A stretch of 19,416 nucleotides of DNA, from positions 1 to 19,416 of the forward strand of contig JBLHKB010000058.1 of NCBI GenBank assembly GCA_047619315.1, given 5' to 3'. A program made the translations under genes and the position numbers. The notes beneath the pieces are model-generated. The model searched no databases and was not told the origin of the DNA. It saw only the letters and a program-made list of their open reading frames with translations. Positions 1-8,523 of the stretch are shown in pieces. The DNA is from Polyangiales bacterium (GTDB taxonomy: Bacteria; Myxococcota_A; Polyangia; Polyangiales; Houyiibacteriaceae). The stretch's first letter is position 1. Each line of letters opens with the position of its first letter.

Positions 1-78
1 AAGATGAAGAGTCGCATGAGTCCGTTGAATGCGTTGACGGGCCGCTACATTCCCCTGGGCCACGGAAGCAGCGTATAG
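1..78 (+). CDS. 3' end of an upstream gene (C-terminal ~25 codons, ...KMKSRMSPLNALTGRYIPLGHGSSV*). Product unknown.
   Basis: Open frame 1 runs from the window edge to a TAG stop at 76-78, 24 bp upstream of the lepB-like start. No recognisable motif in the fragment. Confidence 0.3.
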   Translation, partial: KMKSRMSPLNALTGRYIPLGHGSSV

Positions 79-101
79 GGTTCTGGGGCCGTGATGTTTA
101 G

Positions 102-701
102 GTGCAAGGGATGACACGTCGCGAGTCACTGCGATCCACTGGGTGGGGCGCTCTCATCGCGCTGCTCATCAGTGGCGTTGGCTTTCTCTGGGAAGAGATT
201 GGGTACGAGCCCTTTGTCGTCGAAGGCCCGTCGATGCAGCCGACTCTTGCGCCTGGCGACCGCTTCTTACTGGAGCGCGGCGCGTACGGGCTCGATTCCA
301 TTCAGTGGGCAGAGCCGACTCCGGGGGATGTGGTGGTTGCGCAAAGCCCAGTCGACGAGTCCATCGTTGTGAAACGTGTCGTGGCCGTCGGCGGCGACAC
401 CATCGATTGCCTAGGTGGTGTGCTTCGCATCAACGGACAAGTAGTCTCCATGGGCCAAGACGAGCCCTGCCGCTTTGATGAGCACACGAGCGGTTGTCGT
501 GTACGGACCGAACGCTTCGTCCAAGGCGCTTCTCACCGGGTCGCGTGGGACCGGCTGCAAGACTTCGGGCCTATTGTAGTTCCCCTCGGGTCTGTATTTC
601 TTCTTGGTGATCAGCGGGATCGAAGCAACGACAGCCGCAATCCTCTGATGGGTTCCGTCTCTCAAACACGCATCCTTGGCCGCGTCGGATGGACCTATTG
701 A
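102..701 (+). CDS. lepB: Signal peptidase I (LepB family)
   Basis: N-terminal TM helix (WGALIALLISGVGFLW). Catalytic Ser box GPSMQPTL, box C VKRVVAVGGDTI, and box E GDQRDRSNDSR. These are the classic S26 peptidase motifs. An alternative start at ATG 111 is possible. Confidence 0.85.
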   Translation: MQGMTRRESLRSTGWGALIALLISGVGFLWEEIGYEPFVVEGPSMQPTLAPGDRFLLERGAYGLDSIQWAEPTPGDVVVAQSPVDESIVVKRVVAVGGDTIDCLGGVLRINGQVVSMGQDEPCRFDEHTSGCRVRTERFVQGASHRVAWDRLQDFGPIVVPLGSVFLLGDQRDRSNDSRNPLMGSVSQTRILGRVGWTY

Positions 702-1183
702 GCGACGGGTCAAAGACGGACCTACAAGAAGCGACGCGTGACGCACGAGCCGCCGCGCTCTTCATCGACCTCGCTTTGCGCGCCTTTTCGTTCTTTGCCC
801 TCGCAGGCATTGGCATCAGCGCCGGCAGTGTCCCGCTCGTCACCTTTGCGCCACTCTCCCTCTACATCAGCATCACGGCCTTCGCGCTCATCGATGCTGT
901 CCTTCTGGTTTGGCGCGGCCAGACCATCGGCAAGCGTATCGTCGGCATCTACATCGCTCGCCCAGACGGAGCGCCCGCTTCGTTTGGGCGAGTCGTCTTG
1001 ATGCGCTCGTTTTTTCCCAGCGTCCTAGCGTTACTGCCCTACTTGGGTGTGCTCTGGCTCTTCCTCGACCATCTCTGGGCACTGGGCCCCGAGCGCCGTG
1101 CTGTCCACGACCGGCTCGCGGACACTGCGGTATTCGTCAGCCCAACGACACAAACTCAGCAGCGATCGTACGCACCTGCTTGA
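689..1183 (+). CDS. RDD-family membrane protein
   Basis: Around three hydrophobic helices. R...D...D pattern (RDARAAALFIDL ... HDRLADTAV) typical of the RDD domain. Overlaps the lepB stop by 13 nt, so probably co-transcribed. 3' end is convergent with the hybrid-kinase gene and overlaps it. Confidence 0.6.
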   Translation: MDLLSDGSKTDLQEATRDARAAALFIDLALRAFSFFALAGIGISAGSVPLVTFAPLSLYISITAFALIDAVLLVWRGQTIGKRIVGIYIARPDGAPASFGRVVLMRSFFPSVLALLPYLGVLWLFLDHLWALGPERRAVHDRLADTAVFVSPTTQTQQRSYAPA

Positions 1184-2897
1184 GGTTGAACGGCTTCTCC
1201 ATCACGCGCGAACTAGTTTCCGTGATGAACGCTTGAGCGCCCGCTGTGAAGGCCCCGCCGGTCATGAACACGAAGCGATTTTTGAGCGACACGTCCTGGG
1301 CCACCGCCTGCCGGTACACGTCCATTCCTGAGAGCCCAGGCATCATCAGGTCGCAAAAGATCAGATCGAACTTCTGTCTGGCCAGCAATTGAAGAGCATC
1401 GACGCCGTCGGTGATCACCGTCACCTGGTGTTGCGAAAGTGCCCGCTTCAGGGCGCGCCCGATGAGGCCCTCATCATCGATCACTAGAATGTCCGCGTGG
1501 GAACCTGCGGGCGGCCTCGACGAGAGCTTCTTGGGCCGGCGTTGCAAGGCAGTCGGCGGAAGATAGACCGTGAATTTCGCACCGGACCCCGGGACAGATT
1601 CGACGTGAAGTTCGCCATGCGCCTGCGTGACGAGGTTTCGGCAAATCGACAGCCCAAGACCGGTGCCCTCGATGGCTGACTTCGTCGTAAAGAATGGCTC
1701 GAAGATACGACGCATGTCTGCCGGCGCGATACCAGGGCCGTTGTCCTCGATGGTGACGCAGGCCCAGCCACGCGAATCCGTGCCTACGGATACTCGGACA
1801 ACACCCCCATCCATGCCTTCGATGGCTTGGGCTGCGTTGATCAGAAGGTTCACGAAGACCTGGACAAGGCGTGACGCGTTGATCTCAACGCTGGGGCTCG
1901 TGTCGACCGTGAGCTCGAGGGTTCCTCGGTGCCGAACCTCGTTCTCGCACATCTGCAGGGCGGATCGCAGAGAGGAGACCACATCCACAACGTCCGTGGC
2001 TGTCGTGGGCTCGCGCGCGAACGTCTTTAGGTCACGGACGATGTCCGCCATGCGGTGAGCCCCTTCAATCGCCGTATCGACCTCCTCGAGAAACTCTGGG
2101 GCGTTGTGACGGCCAAGGCTCTCACGCATCATCTGCAAGTTCGCGAGGACGTACGCCAAGGGGTTGTTGAGCTCATGCGCCACACCCGCTGCCAACGTAC
2201 CCACCGACGCCATTCGGTCGGCCAGCACCATCTGATCGTCGAATTCTCGCTCGAGTGGTTGAGGTCGAACAAAACGCAGAACGGCCGCCCGCCCGAAGAA
2301 GGTCAGGGGCAGGGCCCAACTCTTGACCGAGAGCGCCGAGCCATCCGAACGCAGCAGGCGAAACTCCACAACGTCAGAGGGAGCTCTGGCGCAAATACAC
2401 TCATCGCTCTGTTCGTGAATTCGGTCCGTGTCATCCGGATGAGCGAGGGAACCACAGGAACGACCGACGAAGTCTCGCCCACCATCGAGAAGCATCTCGG
2501 CGAATGCGCGATTTGCATAAGTGATGGTGTGATCGGTGGTGATGGTGACACCGTCGGGCGCGCCGATGAAGAGGTCCATCAGCCGCTTCTCGAACGCGGC
2601 GGAGTCACGCTCAAGTCGAGTCAGCAAGATGCGAAGGCGAGTCTCAAGATGCTTGTCGATTGGAACGACATCAACCACTCCCGCGTCGAGCATCTCGGTG
2701 ACGTTGAAGTACTCGCCGAAGAAGAGAACCGCGGTGTCCGGCCGCGTGCGCGCGAACTCGATCGCGCGGCTGGGGTCACCATCGAGGCACGCGACGTCCA
2801 GATGTTGAAGCGAGCGCTCCGTCGTCAGATCATGCTTCTGGAGGGTGATTCGAAGTCGAGCAGCAAGCGCCTGCGACGTATCGATCAGAATCCGCAT
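1137..2897 (-). CDS. Cytoplasmic hybrid sensor histidine kinase: N-terminal receiver-like domain, PAS, HisKA, HATPase_c, C-terminal receiver
   Basis: H-box AHELNNPLAYV; N/G boxes (NLLINAAQA, DNGPGI, GTGLGLSI). C-terminal REC domain with ILVIDDE...FCDLMMPG...K. PAS-like segment (ITITTDHTITYANRAFAEML). No TM segment. The ORF track extends to 3005, but the extension (MGLGTVRRRKSPLS...) is low-complexity. The internal ATG at 2895-2897 (MRILIDTSQ) begins the receiver-like domain and removes the overlap with the upstream gene. Confidence 0.85.
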   Translation of the reverse strand: MRILIDTSQALAARLRITLQKHDLTTERSLQHLDVACLDGDPSRAIEFARTRPDTAVLFFGEYFNVTEMLDAGVVDVVPIDKHLETRLRILLTRLERDSAAFEKRLMDLFIGAPDGVTITTDHTITYANRAFAEMLLDGGRDFVGRSCGSLAHPDDTDRIHEQSDECICARAPSDVVEFRLLRSDGSALSVKSWALPLTFFGRAAVLRFVRPQPLEREFDDQMVLADRMASVGTLAAGVAHELNNPLAYVLANLQMMRESLGRHNAPEFLEEVDTAIEGAHRMADIVRDLKTFAREPTTATDVVDVVSSLRSALQMCENEVRHRGTLELTVDTSPSVEINASRLVQVFVNLLINAAQAIEGMDGGVVRVSVGTDSRGWACVTIEDNGPGIAPADMRRIFEPFFTTKSAIEGTGLGLSICRNLVTQAHGELHVESVPGSGAKFTVYLPPTALQRRPKKLSSRPPAGSHADILVIDDEGLIGRALKRALSQHQVTVITDGVDALQLLARQKFDLIFCDLMMPGLSGMDVYRQAVAQDVSLKNRFVFMTGGAFTAGAQAFITETSSRVMEKPFNLKQVRTIAAEFVSLG

Positions 2898-2916
2898 CGT
2901 GGACAAGTGTACCCTC

Positions 2917-3603
2917 TCAACGCCGGGGCGCACGAAGTTCGCGCACGCGCCTAAATACACAGCCGAGAGCGGGCTCTTCCTCCGCCGCACAGTCCCAAGA
3001 CCCATGGAGAATCTCGGTGCTTTGGATCAAGCGCTCGTTATCGAGCGCCAACACTTCGTGTCGTTCGATGGTGTGACATTCGCCTTCCTGTCGCCACGAG
3101 CGCCGCTGAGACCCGACCCAAGAACCCTCGGAGTCCACCAAAATGTCCGGGGGTGAAGCCCATTCCGCCCAGTTCACATCAGCCACAGAGCCCCTGAAGG
3201 TCGCAGGCTGACCCAGGTCCGGATCGCGCTGACTGACCGTTTGGCACTGCTGCGGAAGTCTGCAGTCCACCAGAACGGGTCCCAGGGGAAAGCCCTGGTG
3301 AATCCCCACGAAGATACCCTCGGTCGGTCGGGACGAGGAAGTGTCACAACCGACCTCTTCGCTCGCGACAGCGTAGTAGGAGGCCAAGCGCTCGCCTTGA
3401 ATGCGGTGTTCCTCCACTTGCTCAACCCGGCGCGTAATGAGCCAGAGCGCGAATGCTGAGGCAAACACGGCTGCCGCTGCGAAGAGCCGAAGACGGATTC
3501 GGTTCCAGCGCTTACGCTCTAGACCGAAGGGTGGTTTTGGCTCGCGTAGCCTCGGCTGGTTGTCGTTGCTTGCGAGCCCTGGTCTCTCCCGGTTCACCGC
3601 CAA
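2917..3603 (-). CDS. Hypothetical membrane-anchored protein: cytoplasmic N-terminus, one TM helix, Cys-containing extracytoplasmic domain
   Basis: 228-aa ORF with a single hydrophobic helix (LFAAAAVFASAFALWLI) after a basic N-terminus. Its start overlaps the TolB-like stop by 10 nt. It ends 20 bp before the corrected kinase start, so it is the middle gene of a minus-strand operon. No recognisable domain. Confidence 0.5.
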   Translation of the reverse strand: MAVNRERPGLASNDNQPRLREPKPPFGLERKRWNRIRLRLFAAAAVFASAFALWLITRRVEQVEEHRIQGERLASYYAVASEEVGCDTSSSRPTEGIFVGIHQGFPLGPVLVDCRLPQQCQTVSQRDPDLGQPATFRGSVADVNWAEWASPPDILVDSEGSWVGSQRRSWRQEGECHTIERHEVLALDNERLIQSTEILHGSWDCAAEEEPALGCVFRRVRELRAPRR

Positions 3604-4883
3604 CGAAGGGTTTCGGCGTTACCGGCAATGACCCGATTCTGGTTCAAGCCCTCAGGGTTCGATACGAAGATACCACCGCGTGAAGAGTAGAATGCGACCA
3701 TCCGGCAGTCTGGTGAGAACGCAGGGTCCTTATTGCTGCCCTGCCCCTGCGTCAGGCGCGAGTACTGCTGGGTGCTGATGTTGACGGTGAAGATGTCCAT
3801 GCCGCCGCTTCGACCCGTGAAGGCGATCAACGGATCTTGGCCGTTCATGCACCAGGCCGGGGTTTGATTGTGAGAGCCACGGAAGGTCACGCGACGAGCG
3901 CCGGACCCGTTGCCGTTCATAACGAATACCTGGGGACTGCCGTGGCGGGTGGAAACGAACGCCAAGCGCCCGCCAGGCCCGCAGCGAGGGCTGACATCGA
4001 TGGCTGGGTGACGTGTGATCCGCCGGACATCACCACCGTTCAAATTAGCGCTGTAGATCTCGCTGTTGCCGTCTCTTGTCGAGGTGAAGTAGACGCGGCC
4101 TCCGCAAATACTCGGGCCCATGTTGAGACCGTCACCATCGATGATGCGGCGCCCCCCCGCGTTGGAGTGCGTGATGAACATGCCGAGGTCTGTGAGGCGA
4201 CTGAACCATACGCCACCGGGACCAAAAGCCGGGAGCATGTTGACGCCATCACCGCTCGAGACGCGGCCTACCGTCGAGCCATCCCACGAGGCGACGAAGA
4301 CGTCCTTGCGACCGGGCCCGAGCCGCCGTCCAAAGGCGATCCTTGAATTGAAAGCGCCCGCTTGGCCGGTGATCGTTCTCAAGATCTCGTTGGCGAAGTC
4401 ATGCATGAAGCTGCGCATCTCACCCGGCCCGCCACGGTAGGTTTTCGTCAGAGTGGGCGCCGCACCGCTGCTCAGTTCGTAGAGGCGCATCTCCACCACG
4501 ATGCTGTTGCCGTTTCGGGTGACATTTCCCTTCACAACACCTTGGGCACCCACCGCGCTCCAAGCTGGCGGTCGCATGTCGAGACCCTCTTCGTCGAGGT
4601 TGGCGATGAAAGAGCGTGAATCGAGCACCTCGAAGAGGCTGACCAAGCGCAAGTCATTTCGAACGATCTCGGCGCCGCTTCCACCCAAGTTGGCATCGCC
4701 GCGAAGGTTAGGAATAGCGATTTTGTAGAGGGCACGCTCCGGCGAGTCGATCTCCACGACGACTCCGCGCTCCGGCAGGGGCTCGTCTTCGCTCCGCTGG
4801 GAACGCCCAGGTGTAGCGACCACTACAAGTGCCGCTAGCATCGAGGACAGAGCGACAATGACTGGAATTCGTTTAGAAATCAT
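3594..4883 (-). CDS. TolB-like periplasmic beta-propeller protein (TolB N-terminal domain plus WD40-like/PD40 repeats)
   Basis: Signal peptide (MISKRIPVIVALSSMLAALVVVATP). Repeated beta-propeller blade motifs (PAFSPDCRMVAF, RLAFVSTRHGSPQVFVMNGNGSG, YFTSTRDGNSEIY). No adjacent tolQRA or pal genes, so a stand-alone TolB paralogue is more likely than the canonical Tol-Pal component. Confidence 0.8.
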   Translation of the reverse strand: MISKRIPVIVALSSMLAALVVVATPGRSQRSEDEPLPERGVVVEIDSPERALYKIAIPNLRGDANLGGSGAEIVRNDLRLVSLFEVLDSRSFIANLDEEGLDMRPPAWSAVGAQGVVKGNVTRNGNSIVVEMRLYELSSGAAPTLTKTYRGGPGEMRSFMHDFANEILRTITGQAGAFNSRIAFGRRLGPGRKDVFVASWDGSTVGRVSSGDGVNMLPAFGPGGVWFSRLTDLGMFITHSNAGGRRIIDGDGLNMGPSICGGRVYFTSTRDGNSEIYSANLNGGDVRRITRHPAIDVSPRCGPGGRLAFVSTRHGSPQVFVMNGNGSGARRVTFRGSHNQTPAWCMNGQDPLIAFTGRSGGMDIFTVNISTQQYSRLTQGQGSNKDPAFSPDCRMVAFYSSRGGIFVSNPEGLNQNRVIAGNAETLRWR

Positions 4884-4997
4884 GGGTTAAGCCTTGTCCG
4901 GAGACCTTAGAGCACATCGAAGGGATAGACGAGTGCCAGAGTGAGATCTTCATGTGCGGGCGCCATCACATCCCTCTGCGTGTTGTATGCTCCAGCC

Positions 4998-5513
4998 ATG
5001 AAGTGGGACGGAACAGGCGTGACGATGGAGGTCTTCACGTACAAAGATGGGCTCCTCTCGAAAATCGCGCACGACCTGCGCATCGTGGTCCCGAACCCTC
5101 GGGTTCAATTTGACGGGGAGTCGATCAAGGTCCGCATCGACCTTCGAAACCTTCAGGTCGCCTCCGCTCAAACAGACGGACGAGACGATCCTTCACTCAG
5201 TGATGGAGACAAGAAAAAGATCTTGAAGGGCCTCAACAAAGAGGCACTTCGCACGGATCGTCACCCGGAAGCGATCTACGAGGCGAAGGCTCGGTTTCCG
5301 GATCAGACGAGCGCCGAACTCGAAGGTAAGCTGACGTTGCACGGCACAACGCGCGACCTCCGGATTTCCCTCGTTCGAAAGGACGAGCGGTGGTGTGGTG
5401 AAGTCCTAATTCATCAGCCGGACTTTGGAATCAAACCATACACGGCGATGTTTGGAGCGCTCAAGGTCAAACCCGACGTGCGCGTCACCTTCTCCGCTGC
5501 GGTGACTGCGTGA
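4998..5513 (+). CDS. YceI-like domain protein (polyisoprenoid/lipid-binding beta-barrel family)
   Basis: Family-like motifs GKLTLHGTTRDL and PDFGIKPYTAMFGALKVKPDVRV. The ORF opens at 4941, but the ATG at 4998 (MKWDGTGV...) is the more likely start. No convincing signal peptide in either case. The stop overlaps the next gene's GTG start (GTGA). Confidence 0.7.
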   Translation: MKWDGTGVTMEVFTYKDGLLSKIAHDLRIVVPNPRVQFDGESIKVRIDLRNLQVASAQTDGRDDPSLSDGDKKKILKGLNKEALRTDRHPEAIYEAKARFPDQTSAELEGKLTLHGTTRDLRISLVRKDERWCGEVLIHQPDFGIKPYTAMFGALKVKPDVRVTFSAAVTA

Positions 5514-6652
5514 GCAGCGACGAGCTCTTCTACGAGAACCTGCCTCCTCTGGCAGACTTTGGGGACGTTCCCGATCCGTCCTACTACGCCGCGGCTCCAG
5601 CGACATGGCTCCTCGTCATCACCGATGTCGAAGGATCCACAAAGGCTATCGAAGAAGGCCGCTACAAAGACGTCAACGCCCTTGGCGTCGCGTCAATTGT
5701 CGCGATTCAGAACGCGTGCTCTGGCATCGAACTTCCTTTTGTCTTTGGAGGGGATGGCGCGACGTTGCTTTGCCCAGGCTCGAAACGACCAGCCCTTGAA
5801 TCCGCGATTCGCGGTCTACAGCAGCGAGCGAAAGACGGCTTCAAACTTGGCATGCGCGGCGGCATCGTCCCCGTCAGCACCCTTCGTGAAGCAGGACACG
5901 ACGTCCTCGTCGCGCGGTTTGCGGCGAGTAAAAGCGCGAGCTTCGCGATGCTCGCAGGCTCTGGAATCTCGAAGGGTGAGGAGTGGGTCAAAGATAAGGT
6001 TCGCGGCAAGGAGTTTGCCGTCGAAGAAGGCCCTGTCGACGCCAACTTCGAAGGGTTTGAATGCCGCTGGAAACCCATCCCGTCTCGAAACGGTGAGATG
6101 CTCAGCGTGCTGGTGCAGGCTCTTGGCGATGATCGCGAAGGCCTCACGCAGGTCTACCAACACGTCATCATCAACTTCGAACGAATCCTGGAGGGTGATG
6201 GGCGACCCGTCACGACGTCCAATCTTCGCCTGGGCGATTCCCTGGACGATTTCGACTCGGAACTGAATATCCGAGGCAAAAGCAGCGTGCTAGCGGGCGC
6301 CGCGATGCTGGCAAAGAACCGCGTCGCCCAGAACTCGATGGACACAGGGAAGACGCGGCTCGGCTTCGACGGTCGTGAGTACCGCCGAGAGGTCGCGGCG
6401 AACACCGACTTTCGAAAGTTCGACGAGACCCTTCGCATGGTCATCGACGTCAGTACGCCGCAGAAAGATGCGCTCCTGGTTTTCCTACAAGCAGAGCGCG
6501 AGTTGGGGCGATTGATCTATGGCGTTCATTCCGCAAAGTCGGCGCTCATGACCTGCGTCATTCGCGAACGCAAAGGCAACCACGTGCATTTCGTGGACGG
6601 TGCGAACGGCGGCTATGCGCTCGCCGCGAAGCAGCTCAAAGCCATGCTCTAG
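5510..6652 (+). CDS. DUF3095-like protein with nucleotidyl-cyclase-like palm motifs (putative signalling enzyme)
   Basis: 380-aa soluble protein. WLLVITDVEGSTKAIEEGRYKDVNALG resembles the F-A-D-I-x-G-F-T first metal-Asp strand of class III adenylyl/guanylyl cyclases and GGDEF palms. FVFGGDGATLLCPG resembles the second GD metal motif. From memory the overall architecture and length match Pfam DUF3095; I cannot verify this here. GTG start is coupled to the YceI stop. Confidence 0.7.
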   Translation: MSSDELFYENLPPLADFGDVPDPSYYAAAPATWLLVITDVEGSTKAIEEGRYKDVNALGVASIVAIQNACSGIELPFVFGGDGATLLCPGSKRPALESAIRGLQQRAKDGFKLGMRGGIVPVSTLREAGHDVLVARFAASKSASFAMLAGSGISKGEEWVKDKVRGKEFAVEEGPVDANFEGFECRWKPIPSRNGEMLSVLVQALGDDREGLTQVYQHVIINFERILEGDGRPVTTSNLRLGDSLDDFDSELNIRGKSSVLAGAAMLAKNRVAQNSMDTGKTRLGFDGREYRREVAANTDFRKFDETLRMVIDVSTPQKDALLVFLQAERELGRLIYGVHSAKSALMTCVIRERKGNHVHFVDGANGGYALAAKQLKAML

Positions 6653-6659
6653 CGCGACG

Positions 6660-7352
6660 CTAGTTGGCGCTAGGTAAGCGCTGCAGCTCTTCTTGCGCTT
6701 TCGTCCGGCTGCGGGAGCCATACACAATGAGTGTCACAGGAACGCAGCCGAGCATCAGAGCCACCGCCAGTTTCACCACGAGGCTGCTGACGGCGGTGAC
6801 GATGAGCGCGATCCCGAGCAGGAGAAAAACAGAGACGCCGAAGAGGACGTGAGTGCCTCGCATTCGAGAGGCCAGCTCAGCACGCGCTCCTTCAAGAAGC
6901 GGCACCCCAAAGAGGTCGGCGGCGGTATCGAACTTTCCAGCGAGGCTCCCTCGCATCGAAGCCTCCGCGCTCGGTGAAAGAAACTGAGTCTCGCCCACCT
7001 TTTCAAGGTCAAGTCCGGCGAAGGGCGTCGCAAGCTCAAGAAGCTCGGCGAGAGAGAACGGCACCGCGTGGCTTCCGCCAAAGTGGATCTCTTTGAGCTT
7101 CGCGTCACCGCCCACGACCAACGCGCGGGTCTCACTTTGAGCGAGCAAGTACGCGTCCGCGTCGAACTCAATATCGTCCCGAGCCGTCGCGGGAAAGAAC
7201 GTAAAACTACCGACGCGGACGTCCCGTGGCCCTGCTGCTCCGACCTGAAGCGGACCGAGCCCCTCGAACTCCGCTCCAGCCTCACCGCCCACAGCATCTT
7301 CTGAGCCCGCCTTCGCGACGAAGCCTTCCCACGCTGTGTCGAGTGCGTCCAT
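6660..7352 (-). CDS. Hypothetical protein with two C-terminal transmembrane helices
   Basis: ATG at 7350-7352 (MDALDTAWEGF...) lies 1 bp after the ychF stop, so translational coupling or an operon. The upstream part of the listed ORF (7353-7415) lies inside ychF in another frame and is discarded. C-terminus has hydrophobic helices (VLFGVSVFLLLGIALIVTAVSSLVV, LAVALMLGCVPVTLIVY). Confidence 0.55.
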   Translation of the reverse strand: MDALDTAWEGFVAKAGSEDAVGGEAGAEFEGLGPLQVGAAGPRDVRVGSFTFFPATARDDIEFDADAYLLAQSETRALVVGGDAKLKEIHFGGSHAVPFSLAELLELATPFAGLDLEKVGETQFLSPSAEASMRGSLAGKFDTAADLFGVPLLEGARAELASRMRGTHVLFGVSVFLLLGIALIVTAVSSLVVKLAVALMLGCVPVTLIVYGSRSRTKAQEELQRLPSAN

Positions 7353-7353
7353 C

Positions 7354-8463
7354 TTAGACGTTGAACCGGAAGTGCATGATGTCCCCATCACGGACGACGT
7401 ACTCTTTGCCTTCAACGCCCATCTTACCGGCGGCTTTGACCGCTTGCTCGCTTTGGAGCTCGAGCATGTCCTGCCAAGCGATCACTTCCGCTCGGATGAA
7501 CCCGCGTTCGAAGTCCGTATGAATCTTGCCGGCCGCCCCAGGCGCCTTCGTGCCGCGCTCGATGGTCCAAGCGTGCACTTCCGTCGGCCCGACGGTGAAA
7601 AACGTGATCAGGTCTAGAATCGCGTAGCCCGTGCGAATCACGTGGTTCAGCCCAGGCTCTTCAAGTCCGAGGGACTCCAAGAACTCTCCGCGCTCTTCTT
7701 CAGGGAGCTGCATGATCTCCGCTTCGATGGCGGCGCTGATGACAACGACGGGAACGCCGCGCTCTTCACCCAGTGCTCTAACCTTGGCGACGAGTTCGTC
7801 GTTGTCGATGTCGTCCAGCTGGTCTTCTTTGACGTTCGCGACAAAGAACATCGGCTTCTCGGTGATGAGAAAGAGTTCGTGAACGATTTCGAGCTCGTCT
7901 TCGACGAGGTCGCTCTTGTCGTAGACGCTCGCTGGCTGACCCGAATCGAGAATCTTCTCGATGGCTTCGCAGATGACGACGGCCTTCTTCTCGATGGCGT
8001 TCGTTCCCTTGGAGGCTCGACGCGCACGATCAAGGCGCTTTTGAACGCTCTCAAGGTCCTTGAGAATCAGCTCCGTTTCGATGGTCTCGATATCCGAGAG
8101 TGGATCGACGCGGTTGTCGACATGGATGATGTTGTCATCCACGAAGCAGCGAACGACGTGCGCGATGGCATCGGCATCTCGAATCGTCGACAAGAAGGCG
8201 TTGCCGCGTCCTTCGCCTTTAGACGCGCCGCGGACGAGACCTGCAATATCGACGAAGTCGACGCTGGCGCCGATCTCTTTGCCGGGCTTGAACAGCTTCG
8301 ACAGCGCGTCGAAGCGCGGGTCTGGCACCTGAACGACACCGACATTCGGGTCGATGGTGCAAAACGCGTAGTTTGCCGCTTCCGCCTGTTTGGACGAGAG
8401 CGAGTTGAAGAGCGTGGACTTTCCGACGTTTGGAAGCCCGACAATGCCGACTGATAGACCCAT
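7354..8463 (-). CDS. ychF: Ribosome-binding ATPase YchF (Obg-like ATPase)
   Basis: G1 [13 protein letters not shown]3 DIAGLV, coiled-coil insert, and C-terminal TGS domain ([24 protein letters not shown]...GFIRAEV). Full-length at 369 aa. Confidence 0.95.
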   Translation of the reverse strand: MGLSVGIVGLPNVGKSTLFNSLSSKQAEAANYAFCTIDPNVGVVQVPDPRFDALSKLFKPGKEIGASVDFVDIAGLVRGASKGEGRGNAFLSTIRDADAIAHVVRCFVDDNIIHVDNRVDPLSDIETIETELILKDLESVQKRLDRARRASKGTNAIEKKAVVICEAIEKILDSGQPASVYDKSDLVEDELEIVHELFLITEKPMFFVANVKEDQLDDIDNDELVAKVRALGEERGVPVVVISAAIEAEIMQLPEEERGEFLESLGLEEPGLNHVIRTGYAILDLITFFTVGPTEVHAWTIERGTKAPGAAGKIHTDFERGFIRAEVIAWQDMLELQSEQAVKAAGKMGVEGKEYVVRDGDIMHFRFNV

Positions 8464-8523
8464 TTGCGTCGCGCGTTAGCTCCTCAGTCGGCACCGCGCA
8501 AGCGCCGCCATCACTTGCACGCA

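Noticed and set aside
2055-2954. 299-aa plus-strand ORF inside the hybrid-kinase locus. Also 7642-8454 (antisense to ychF), 8476-9078 (antisense to the response regulator), 5559-6266 (alternative frame in the DUF3095-like gene), 14232-15098 and 15116-15763 (within or antisense to the DUF3556-like gene), and 3837-4346 (antisense to the TolB-like gene)
   Set aside because: All overlap well-supported genes. They show low-complexity Arg/Pro/Ser-rich translations and no motifs, which is the usual shadow-ORF pattern in GC-rich genomes.
6649-6663. Short hairpin CTAGCG-cga-CGCTAG between the convergent stops at 6652 and 6660
   Set aside because: 6-bp stem with a 3-nt loop and no U-tract. Too weak to call a terminator on its own. 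Mentioned only as part of the CTAGCGC motif recurrence.
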